Assembly (NCBI GenBank): GCA_039715015.1
Contig: JBDLIE010000007.1
Span: 23,402-87,401 of the forward strand
DNA from: Thermodesulfobacteriota bacterium
Lineage (GTDB): Bacteria; Desulfobacterota; Desulfobulbia; Desulfobulbales; SURF-16
DNA length: 64,000 bases
Reading direction: 5' to 3'
Numbering within the stretch: position 1 is the first letter of the stretch; each line of letters starts with the position of its first letter. The translations under genes and the position numbers were made by a program. Of this stretch, positions 32,862-41,049 are shown piece after piece. Under the pieces are notes generated by a model. It had not been told where the DNA came from, made no database searches, and saw nothing but the letters and a program-made list of their open reading frames with translations.

Positions 32862-33225
32862 AACCAGCAAGACCGCTGCGCAACACAGAATGTAGGATTT
32901 AACGGATAAAAAGAGAGAGCAAAGCTGTTGCAATGCAATTGAATAGACAATGAGATCAAAGACTTGCTTAAAAAGACACCTGAGCTGCCCAGGCATGAAA
33001 AGCCCCTTCTGCGCCAGAATGGCCCCAGGAGGACACATAAGAGAAAGTAAGCAAACTTGGAAACGATTCTTTACAAGAATGGCAGGCTAAGCCCACCCTT
33101 CTATTGGCAGGGAAACTTGAAAGGAGGAATTTACAAGTTAAGGCGGAAAACTACGAGCACGACAAACGAAAGAAACGATCATCTATTACAAGAGGAGAAC
33201 CCTCTGCAATAGACAGAGGCCGAAC

Positions 33226-33266
33226 AAAAAAATGGCATGACGATCTTTGTATCGTCATGCCATTTT
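33226..33266 (-). terminator. Intrinsic terminator after the triheme cytochrome gene
   Basis: AAAATGGCATGACGAT/ATCGTCATGCCATTTT stem with U-tract on minus strand. Confidence 0.8.
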
Positions 33267-33299
33267 AAACTGCAGGGCAAAGGTACACTACATTATATA

Positions 33300-33776
33300 T
33301 TAGTGACCACCGCCATGACCGGCATCATCAGGTCCGCCGTCACTATTAAGACGTTCAAAACCTTTGACGCCAATATGACAGAAGGTACACCGCTTATTTG
33401 AAGCAAAGGCCATATCGCCATCATGACATGCACCACAATACTTGCCAGCATAAAGTGATTCCATGGTGAAATCGTCATTCTGCTCGGCTACACCGGCTTC
33501 CATTTCAAAAATATCATCATGACAGCTGTCACATTCAAGTCCGGCACCCATGGTGTGAACCTTATGGGAGAAATCTACGGCTTTGACAGGTTTTACAAAA
33601 ATAATAGGAGCCTCTGGGCCATAGGTATCCTCATCATACTCTTCTTCTCCTACAGCTTGCCCACCACAGAAGAATAAGACTGCGCTAAACACCAAAACAG
33701 TCATCAAACTCAGAGCGCTTTTATCATTCAATTTCATTGCATTCCTCATGTATGTTTTAGCAGATAATTCATCCAA
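33300..33776 (-). CDS. Periplasmic triheme c-type cytochrome (c7/c3-like)
   Basis: Signal peptide; FSHKVH; CDSCH, CGACH, CTFCH; exact start uncertain. Confidence 0.88.
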   Translation of the reverse strand: MDELSAKTYMRNAMKLNDKSALSLMTVLVFSAVLFFCGGQAVGEEEYDEDTYGPEAPIIFVKPVKAVDFSHKVHTMGAGLECDSCHDDIFEMEAGVAEQNDDFTMESLYAGKYCGACHDGDMAFASNKRCTFCHIGVKGFERLNSDGGPDDAGHGGGH

Positions 33777-33875
33777 GAAGCGTCTGCTAAGTAAATCGAT
33801 CTTGGCATAACATAAAGATCGAACAAGTATCAGCTATATTCAAAATAGCCATTCACAATTACCGGATCAGGAAGC

Positions 33876-34634
33876 CTAATCATTCATATAGAAAACATTA
33901 GGAAGGGCGCCTGTCTCGGGACGAAGAACCCAAACCACTTTTTCCGGAGCATGAATCAGCTTGTAAGCCTTGCTGCTTGGATCGGTGAGATCACCAAAAA
34001 TACGAACATCAGCCGGGCAAGCTTCCATACAAGCAGTGAGCTTACCGTTAGACTCTTTAAGCTTTGTGTCGTAACAGAAGTTACACTTATCAACAGCCCG
34101 GTTTTCTTCTTTGAAATAACGAGCATTATAAGGACAAGCAGCCATACAGGTCTTACAACCGATACAACGCTTATAATCCATCTTAACGATACCAGTGACT
34201 TTGTCTTTAAAGGTAGCTGTTGTTGGACAAACGCGCACACAAGGCGGACGGTTACAATGGTTACAGAGAACAGGCATGAAGATTCGTTCTTTCTCTTCTG
34301 GCCCAATGGGACGTTCCTGCTCTAAAATAGTGGTACGGTAACCATATGCCGGGACGTGATTGGTGGTTTTACATGCTTCCAAGCAACGCTCACAGTCTAT
34401 ACAATGATTCTGACGCAGAACCATTGTATAATGAGGGCTGTAGGGAAATTTCTTGGCAGGACTCATACCACCTAAAGCACCCTGCGCATTATTAGCAGAG
34501 GTCAGAGACAATACACTTCCACCTAAAAAGACACCGGTGACGGAAAGGCCGAATTGTAAAAAACGACGACGCTCTTCAGAAGGTAAATTCTCAACACCCT
34601 CATTCTCGAGCTTTTCCAAATCTTTAACTTTCAT
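33876..34634 (-). CDS. Tat-exported 4x[4Fe-4S] electron-transfer subunit (NrfC/PsrB/DsrO-like)
   Basis: ERRRFLQ Tat motif; CIDCERCLEAC, CNHCNRPPCVRVC, CIGCKTCMAAC, CNFC...CMEAC. Confidence 0.9.
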   Translation of the reverse strand: MKVKDLEKLENEGVENLPSEERRRFLQFGLSVTGVFLGGSVLSLTSANNAQGALGGMSPAKKFPYSPHYTMVLRQNHCIDCERCLEACKTTNHVPAYGYRTTILEQERPIGPEEKERIFMPVLCNHCNRPPCVRVCPTTATFKDKVTGIVKMDYKRCIGCKTCMAACPYNARYFKEENRAVDKCNFCYDTKLKESNGKLTACMEACPADVRIFGDLTDPSSKAYKLIHAPEKVVWVLRPETGALPNVFYMND

Positions 34635-35064
34635 TCGTTACTCCCTTAAGTAAGATAACTTAAATTACCTGCCTCAAAACTATTCTACACTGAGACTAGA
34701 TAAGGCATTTGAGGCCAATGGCCCTCATTGTGATCGCCAAACTTAATATCCGTAAACGTATGGCTCTTTCCAGCCAATTCTCGGAACCTCGTTGACGGAT
34801 GATCTAACTGTGATAAATTACAAAACTACACATATGTAGTTTGCGCCCTGCACAAAATCATGAAAACGCACCACTGTCAAGAACATTTTCTGCAAAAAAA
34901 AGGCTTATCAACAGGCATAACATGCTGTTATAAAAGAATAAATTTAAAAAGAACTTCAGACAAATAGGAAATATTTTATTTTGACTTTTCACACCTAACC
35001 ACCATATGGCTAAACACTTTTTGAAGCTGATCAGAATGACCCTTTTTTTGCAAGGAGGAGCCCC

Positions 35065-35430
35065 ATGGACACAGCCCCAAACAACGCTCATATTGACAAA
35101 ATTGAAGTCAACGACCAATCTCTGCTTTATTGCCCTGATGGGTCAGGAGAAGTTGTCGACATCAGCATGGAAGGATTGTCCTTCCGCCGCCTCACAGGCA
35201 ACAACTGGCCCCAAGGAACATTTAAAATTGACCTTCTCCTTGAAAATTCAACGCTTCTTATTGAGCAAATCCCCTGCTCACTCATTAATTCCGAGGCTGT
35301 AATATCTGATGATGCTGGTCATTGCCGTTATGCCCTTGAATTTGGTGCCCTCTCAGCAGAACAAACAGAAAAACTTCAGGAATTCATTGCCAGCCAGAGG
35401 GAACAACGAGCCACTCTGACCATGATTTAA
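35065..35430 (+). CDS. PilZ-like domain protein (degenerate)
   Basis: DISMEG (DxSxxG) and C-terminal YALEFGALSAEQ; RxxxR absent; AAGGAGG RBS. Confidence 0.65.
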   Translation: MDTAPNNAHIDKIEVNDQSLLYCPDGSGEVVDISMEGLSFRRLTGNNWPQGTFKIDLLLENSTLLIEQIPCSLINSEAVISDDAGHCRYALEFGALSAEQTEKLQEFIASQREQRATLTMI

Positions 35431-35627
35431 TTCCATATAATTTTCTAGACACCCTCACCCCCTTTCCAGTTCCAGCAAAGATCGTTGACCCGGTGGCCAT
35501 GACAGGCTAAAGTAGACTAAACAATCAGCTGATACATTCTCATTTTACTCCCGTGTTATCCTGATTCCCCCTCAATTTCCTTTTATAAGGAATAAGTACG
35601 GATAAATAAGCACGAAGAAGCATCTCC

Positions 35628-38027
35628 ATGGAAGACAGTCACAAGCAAGCCATCCCCACTAAAGTTGTTGACGCCCTCTTTACCGTCGACAGCAACTGGG
35701 AGATAATTTCATTTAATAGTGGTGCCGAAAAACTTCTTGGCCTTAAGAAAGAAGATATGATTGGCAAAAATTGCCATGAGGCCTTTAGCCAATACGAGCG
35801 CTTCACCAAAATGTGCAGCGTTTATGGCCCCCTGGCCTCCGGCCATGCCATGACCAACTTCCGGATGGTCATTGACAACCAGGACACAGACACTTCGATA
35901 GCTGTTGTCATTTCCGCAATTCCTCTGCCTGACATAAACGGCAATATAAGCGGCGCTGTTGTTACCTTTACTGAGGTTGAGGACACAGGGCACACCAACG
36001 ACCTGGCCATGGACTCGGTTGCTGATGGCGTGTTTACCGTGGATCGTGACTGGCACATTACATCATTTAATAAGGCGGCCGAAGCTCTCACCGGCTGGTC
36101 TCGCAAAGAAGTTCTTGGCCATAAATGCCATGACATTTTCCATTCCAGCATGTGCGGCGACCAATGCAGCCTTGCCAAATCGATTCAAGACAAAAACACC
36201 ATCATCAACCACAGCCTGACAATTACGACAAAGGATGGCCACAAAACCCCTATCTCAATCAGTGCCGCCCCCCTTCTTGACCCAGGCGGCAATGTCATTG
36301 GTGGTGTAGAAACGTTTCGTGACATTACCGCCACCATGAAAAACGACCTGATCCTTGACTCGGTGGCGGATGGCGTGTTTACCGTGGATAATGATTGGCA
36401 AATCACCTCATTTAATAGGGCTGCCGAGGCTATTACAGGCTGGAAACGTGAAGAGGTAGTTGGCAAAAAATGCAGCGGCATTTTCCATTCATCGGTCTGC
36501 GGCGACCAGTGCATACTTAACCAGGCCATTGGCCTTGGCTCAGAAATAGTCGATCGATCTATCTTTGTTAAAAACAAGGAAGGATCAACCGTCCCTGTAT
36601 CGATCAGCGCCGCGCCACTCCTGGACCTTGAGGGTAATGTTATCGGCGGCGTAGAAACTTTCCGCGACATTACCGCTACCATCAAAAATGATTTGATCAT
36701 TGACTCGGTTGCCGACGGCGTTTTCACCGTTGATCGCAACTGGCAGATCACTTCCTTTAATAGGGCTGCCGAACTTATCACCGGCTGGCATCGTGATGAT
36801 GCCATTGGTAAATACTGCAGCGATGTTTTTCATTCATCAATCTGCGGCAAATCCTGCGCCATCGCTCAATCGATGTATAGCGGTAAACCTGTAACCAACC
36901 GCTCTATATCCATTGAAACCCGAGCCGGCAAAGAGCTGCCCATCTCTATCAGTGCAGCTCCCCTTTTGGACCATGAGGGCAATGTTCTTGGCGGCGTTGA
37001 GACTTTCCGCGACCTCTCCATCCTTGACAGCCTCCGTAAACAGCTGACCATGCGCTACACCTTTGATGAAATTATCTCAAAGAGTCCATCCATGCAGCGC
37101 ATCTTCAATATCCTGCCGGAAATTGCCCGCAGCCCCAGTAATGTTCTCATTTTAGGGGAGAGCGGCACCGGTAAAGAACTTGTAGCCCGGGCCATCTTTA
37201 ACGCTTCATCCCGCAGCAATAAGCCCTTTATCACTGTTAATTGCGGCGCCCTACCAGACACCCTTCTTGAATCAGAACTTTTCGGCTACAAGGCCGGCGC
37301 CTTCACAGACGCCAAACAGGACAAGAAAGGACGTTTTGCGGCAGCTGAAGGCGGCACCCTATTCCTCGATGAAATTGGTGATATACCCGCATCACTTCAG
37401 GTTAAACTCTTAAGGGTGTTGCAGCAGAAAATCTACGAGCCACTGGGCTCAAACGAACCAGTTAAGGCAGATGTTCGCATTATTACCGCTACAAATAGAG
37501 ATCTCCAGGCCCTTGTTAAAGAAGATGCCTTCCGAGAGGACCTCTTTTACAGGCTTAATGTCGTAAAAATAAAATTACCCCCTCTTAAAGAAAGGATGGA
37601 GGATATCCCTCTTCTCATTGAACATTTCACATCCAACTTCAGTGCCCAACAGGGCAAAGATATTGTCGGCATTTCGGATGAAGCACTTGCCATCCTTATG
37701 CATTACGACTTTCCCGGAAATATTCGCGAACTTGAGAATGTCATTGAGTATGGCTTTATTCTTTGCCCTGGTGGTTTCATCCTGCCCGAACATCTCCCTG
37801 AGCCATTTGCCCCTAATGGCGACCAAAAGCCTCAAGCCGGCACCTTAATTCCCATGACAGGCATTGTTTCTCAAACTCTTGAAGAACTTGAACAAACTGC
37901 CATTGCCGCCTCTCTGGCCAAAAACAAATGGAAAAAGATGGCAACCTGCCGCGAACTTGGCATCTCAAAGGACACCCTGCGTCGTAAAATTAACAAATAT
38001 GGCTTTACACCTGACGACAACGGCTAA
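35628..38027 (+). CDS. sigma54-dependent activator with four PAS domains (PASx4-AAA+-Fis HTH)
   Basis: GESGTGKE, ESELFG, GAFTDA, FLDEIGD, LFYRL, C-terminal HTH; PAS repeats at 345-nt period. Confidence 0.93.
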   Translation: MEDSHKQAIPTKVVDALFTVDSNWEIISFNSGAEKLLGLKKEDMIGKNCHEAFSQYERFTKMCSVYGPLASGHAMTNFRMVIDNQDTDTSIAVVISAIPLPDINGNISGAVVTFTEVEDTGHTNDLAMDSVADGVFTVDRDWHITSFNKAAEALTGWSRKEVLGHKCHDIFHSSMCGDQCSLAKSIQDKNTIINHSLTITTKDGHKTPISISAAPLLDPGGNVIGGVETFRDITATMKNDLILDSVADGVFTVDNDWQITSFNRAAEAITGWKREEVVGKKCSGIFHSSVCGDQCILNQAIGLGSEIVDRSIFVKNKEGSTVPVSISAAPLLDLEGNVIGGVETFRDITATIKNDLIIDSVADGVFTVDRNWQITSFNRAAELITGWHRDDAIGKYCSDVFHSSICGKSCAIAQSMYSGKPVTNRSISIETRAGKELPISISAAPLLDHEGNVLGGVETFRDLSILDSLRKQLTMRYTFDEIISKSPSMQRIFNILPEIARSPSNVLILGESGTGKELVARAIFNASSRSNKPFITVNCGALPDTLLESELFGYKAGAFTDAKQDKKGRFAAAEGGTLFLDEIGDIPASLQVKLLRVLQQKIYEPLGSNEPVKADVRIITATNRDLQALVKEDAFREDLFYRLNVVKIKLPPLKERMEDIPLLIEHFTSNFSAQQGKDIVGISDEALAILMHYDFPGNIRELENVIEYGFILCPGGFILPEHLPEPFAPNGDQKPQAGTLIPMTGIVSQTLEELEQTAIAASLAKNKWKKMATCRELGISKDTLRRKINKYGFTPDDNG

Positions 38028-38052
38028 AAACGAACTAAACACCTTCAAATTT

Positions 38053-38104
38053 AAGCCACAAAAAAGGGGATTACGTTAAAACGTAATCCCCTTTTTTGTG
38101 GCTT
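38053..38104. terminator. Bidirectional intrinsic terminator
   Basis: AAGCCACAAAAAAGGGGATTACG / CGTAATCCCCTTTTTTGTGGCTT between convergent genes. Confidence 0.85.
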
Positions 38105-38180
38105 TTCACCCGGACGAACAACCGACATCAACCGCAAGCTTTCTTGGCCGCAGTTTCTGTAGACTGCCTACCACCAAAAA

Positions 38181-38627
38181 TCACCCAGGTGACACTTGCT
38201 TTTTTCCAGGCTTGACCTTTTTTTGTTTCTGTTTGTCTTCAGCCTTAGCCCGCTTGCGATCTTCTTCATCACCTACACGGTGCAATGATCTTGGCACAGC
38301 CCAATCTATCTTGGCCTGACAACACTCATGAACGTTCTTAGGACACTCTGCAATATCCCAGCAGGGTACCAAGGTCAAAAGTTTCTTCAGGCCAGGTATT
38401 GAAATACCTTGGTCATGAATTATTGAGCGTAAGCATTCGATCCACTGAATATCGTTTGGTGAATATAATCTTCTAGAGCCACTATGCTGAGCTGGCTTTA
38501 CCAACCCCTCAGCTTCATAAATACGAAGAGTTCGAGGATGGACACCAAGAAGTTTTGCCGCTACCCCGATGGGATAAATTGGCAAATCAGCCCTTAATGG
38601 CTTTACTTCTGATTTTTTTCGCGCCAT
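38181..38627 (-). CDS. MerR-family (HspR-like) regulator with Cys-rich tail, copy 2
   Basis: YPIGVAAKLLGVHPRTLRIYEAEGL; WIECLRSIIHDQGISI; PCWDIAEC-x6-CC. Confidence 0.88.
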   Translation of the reverse strand: MARKKSEVKPLRADLPIYPIGVAAKLLGVHPRTLRIYEAEGLVKPAQHSGSRRLYSPNDIQWIECLRSIIHDQGISIPGLKKLLTLVPCWDIAECPKNVHECCQAKIDWAVPRSLHRVGDEEDRKRAKAEDKQKQKKVKPGKKQVSPG

Positions 38628-38660
38628 AACGTTCTCCTTAAAATTCCTTATGACTGTGCA

Positions 38661-38693
38661 GGGATGGGTGGCTGAGTATCAACCACCCATCCC
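38661..38693. other. Intergenic stem-loop between nrfD-2 and merR-2
   Basis: GGGATGGGTGG...CCACCCATCCC; no U-tract. Confidence 0.5.
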
Positions 38694-38718
38694 CGACACA
38701 CGAGATTTCAAGGAAATA

Positions 38719-39912
38719 TTAATGATCCTCAGACAGATGGCCCTTAAAGAGCTGCTCGCCCATAAGGAACATCATGCCACAAAGACCCATTGCGCCAACC
38801 ACGATAGCGATCTCGTGGAATGTTGGCATATAGGAAAAGAGATGGGGAAGATCAATAATACCCATGCCATGAAAATGGGGCACAAGCATACCAACAACAA
38901 CCAGATCATAGCGCATAAAAAAGATGCCGATAACACTGGATACAGATGCGATAAACAGCCCGGTCATGGACTTGGCACGTACTGCAAGGATGATGACAAA
39001 GGGAATCACCAGACCCATCATGACCTCTCCGATCCAGAAATTAGTGGCATATGGCCCGGAAATGAGGCTCATCATAGCTTCATATTTTCCTGGAGGCTGA
39101 CCACTCACACCGGAAATCATCTTCCAGCAGGTGAAGAACATAATAACAGTGATCAGCAATGCGCCAAGCTTAGCAGTGGAGCTCAAGGAACTCTTAAGCT
39201 TGTCGCTCATTTCCCAACCATTGGCCTTATAGGCAATCCAGGTAAAAAAGACCACGGCAGCACAGCCTGACATCATGGCAGAGGTAATGAAGTAAATAGG
39301 CATATAAGGGCCATGCCAGAACTCACGACCACTGAGGAGCCCAAATACGGCACCCAGGTTAGAATGGGCAGCAATACCAGCAACCACACCGGCAAGACCC
39401 AGCATACCAGCTTCCTTATGCTTACCCATCTGCAATAAGGCAAACTCAATAAGCATAAAGAAAAGATAGGCGCCATACAGGGTGCCCATCCACCAGATAT
39501 TGGATGTTAGGTTAGGTGAAGTCAAATTATAGATAGCCATACGCCAAGGGTTTTCAATTTCGAACCCGATGACGAGAAAGCCAGCAATAATTGTGGAAAT
39601 GGCCATAAAAACAGAACGTTTGGCAATGGGCTGAAATTGTTCAACACCAAAGACATGACCAATTGAAGACACCAGACACAGTCCGGTGGAAGTTACTACA
39701 AAAAAAACATAAGCGGCGATAAGCAGACCCCATGGCACATCACGAGTGTTACCAAAGGCGTGGTCATGACCGATAAAGAAGGCATGAAAACCTGCGGCCA
39801 CACCAACAAGAGCCAAAAGACCCATTATTGCAATAGCTGCGTTGTACTTACCGGAAGTGGAAACTTCTAGCCCCTGATCTTGGGGCAATACTTTAGCGAG
39901 AATATTATTCAT
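38719..39912 (-). CDS. NrfD/PsrC-family membrane protein, paralogue 2
   Basis: VPWGLLIAAYVFF, SPNLTSNIWWMGTLYG shared with paralogue 1, RYDLVVVG; GAGGAG RBS before ATG 39912 (track 39927). Confidence 0.88.
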   Translation of the reverse strand: MNNILAKVLPQDQGLEVSTSGKYNAAIAIMGLLALVGVAAGFHAFFIGHDHAFGNTRDVPWGLLIAAYVFFVVTSTGLCLVSSIGHVFGVEQFQPIAKRSVFMAISTIIAGFLVIGFEIENPWRMAIYNLTSPNLTSNIWWMGTLYGAYLFFMLIEFALLQMGKHKEAGMLGLAGVVAGIAAHSNLGAVFGLLSGREFWHGPYMPIYFITSAMMSGCAAVVFFTWIAYKANGWEMSDKLKSSLSSTAKLGALLITVIMFFTCWKMISGVSGQPPGKYEAMMSLISGPYATNFWIGEVMMGLVIPFVIILAVRAKSMTGLFIASVSSVIGIFFMRYDLVVVGMLVPHFHGMGIIDLPHLFSYMPTFHEIAIVVGAMGLCGMMFLMGEQLFKGHLSEDH

Positions 39913-40003
39913 TACGCTACTCCTCACATTTCATTTTTTTTTGGGGTTCAGCAGGTTCCTCTTTGAGTCCTGCCTCATCTGTAAAAACAATTTTCTGCGT
40001 TTC

Positions 40004-40129
40004 TCAAAAATGTCGGAAATTCTCTTCATCCTCCCGACATGTTAGAATTACAGGCTTGACCTTAAGGTCAAACAAGGTGTGGAGTGCAGCGCAACCAATC
40101 CAAAAAACGAGAAAAAATACGCCTTCCAT
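40004..40129 (-). CDS. Unannotated 41-aa small membrane protein upstream of nrfD-2
   Basis: AAGGAGGAG RBS then MEGVFFLVFWIGCAALHTLFDLKVKPVILTCREDEENFRHF*. Confidence 0.55.
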   Translation of the reverse strand: MEGVFFLVFWIGCAALHTLFDLKVKPVILTCREDEENFRHF

Positions 40130-40374
40130 TTGCTCCTCCTTGATTAATTCTGGCCATGAATTCCAGCAGCCCAAGCTCCTCCTACCAAGAAAAAATTGAA
40201 CTGAACAATGTACCCATGGATCTTTATTAGGAATGAAATGCCATAAACATTTCCAACGGTTCGATGATTGGCGGATCTTCTCACCGTTTCCCCTGAATTC
40301 TTTCTTTTGTCTCCAAGTTCCTCCTTTGAAATTGTTGTCGACTGAAAATTTATTTTTTTAGCATATACTGACAT

Positions 40375-40403
40375 ACCCTAAACTTGTAAATCGACGTTGT
40401 CAA
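40375..40403 (-). promoter_or_regulatory. Putative sigma70 promoter of the nrfD-2 operon
   Basis: TTGACA-N17-TAGGGT. Confidence 0.5.
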
Positions 40404-40585
40404 CTTTTACATCATTTTTAATGCATTTTAATCCCTAAACCACAATATCAACATATTTAGAATAGCGCAATTTCTTCTTAATGGTGAAGTTATAATTTCC
40501 ATTTTTTTCCAATATTACAACGACTTATTAAATAATTAATCCTTATTTTTCAATACTTTTTTCTCCATCCAGCTCATAAGAATGC

Positions 40586-40628
40586 TACAGCTCCCAAGTG
40601 GCGCACAATGCGCCACTTGGGAGCTGTA
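40586..40628. promoter_or_regulatory. Perfect 20-bp-arm palindrome centred on activator motif A
   Basis: TACAGCTCCCAAGTGGCGCA-CAA-TGCGCCACTTGGGAGCTGTA, followed by a TGGCGCA half-site. Confidence 0.7.
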
Positions 40629-40754
40629 TGGCGCAAAACAATCCCAAAATTACAGCCAACCTCTCACCCCACCTCACAGCAAAAACAACAAGACATACCT
40701 TTAACTACCTGTTCTAAGGGAACTCTTATCACAAAACGTCTTTCTAATTATTTC

Positions 40755-40770
40755 TGGCACATAAAGTGCT
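40755..40770 (+). promoter_or_regulatory. sigma54 promoter
   Basis: TGGCACATAAAGTGCT, GG-N10-GC. Confidence 0.75.
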
Positions 40771-40780
40771 TTATTAAAAA

Positions 40781-40862
40781 GACAAAGCTTACTCATTTGC
40801 TAAACGAGAAAGCGACTCCTTGCACTGAACCCCTGGGTGGCGGCCCGGGGGTTCTCTTTTTT
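40781..40862 (+). ncRNA. Candidate sigma54-dependent small RNA (~80 nt) with anti-SD seed
   Basis: Starts at the predicted +1 of the sigma54 promoter; no ATG-initiated ORF; GACTCCTT seed; ends in GAACCCCTGGG/CCCGGGGGTTC hairpin + TCTTTTTT. Confidence 0.55.
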
Positions 40863-40932
40863 CAAGCCCCTTCTTTCCCGCCTTTCCCCCCACTCCTTTA
40901 CCTTTTCAGCGTTTTATGTTTTATTTTCTCCA

Positions 40933-40962
40933 TTGACGGCCCCCCTCTATTTATTCTATTTT
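40933..40962 (+). promoter_or_regulatory. Putative sigma70 promoter for ftsH-1
   Basis: TTGACG-N18-TATTTT downstream of the sRNA terminator. Confidence 0.4.
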
Positions 40963-41049
40963 TCTACGAGCACGCTGCTCTTCCCATTTGGCTCACATTG
41001 CACCTGGCTTAAAATACGCCCTTTCATCTAAACAGCGAGGAGAACCCCT

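Noticed and set aside
34800..34885. Rex/CRP-like site upstream of the Fe-S gene (TGTGATAAATTACA)
   Set aside because: Spacing and second half-site do not fit either consensus
36012..37020. 345-nt repeats as assembly artefact or CRISPR-like array
   Set aside because: Copies differ at many synonymous sites and are in-frame PAS domains; no repeat-spacer structure or cas genes in the window
39917..40006. Frame stays open 28 codons past the TGA of the 41-aa ORF (possible selenocysteine read-through)
   Set aside because: No SECIS-like hairpin after the TGA; an open stretch this short is expected by chance
40056..40071. Perfect palindrome TTGACCTTAAGGTCAA as a MerR/FNR-type operator
   Set aside because: Single copy, lies inside the small ORF, no well-spaced -10, and no counterpart at the paralogous cassette
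40144..40374. 76-aa ORF in the nrfD-2 leader
   Set aside because: Its start abuts the predicted -10 element with no RBS or motif; a shorter internal ORF cannot be excluded
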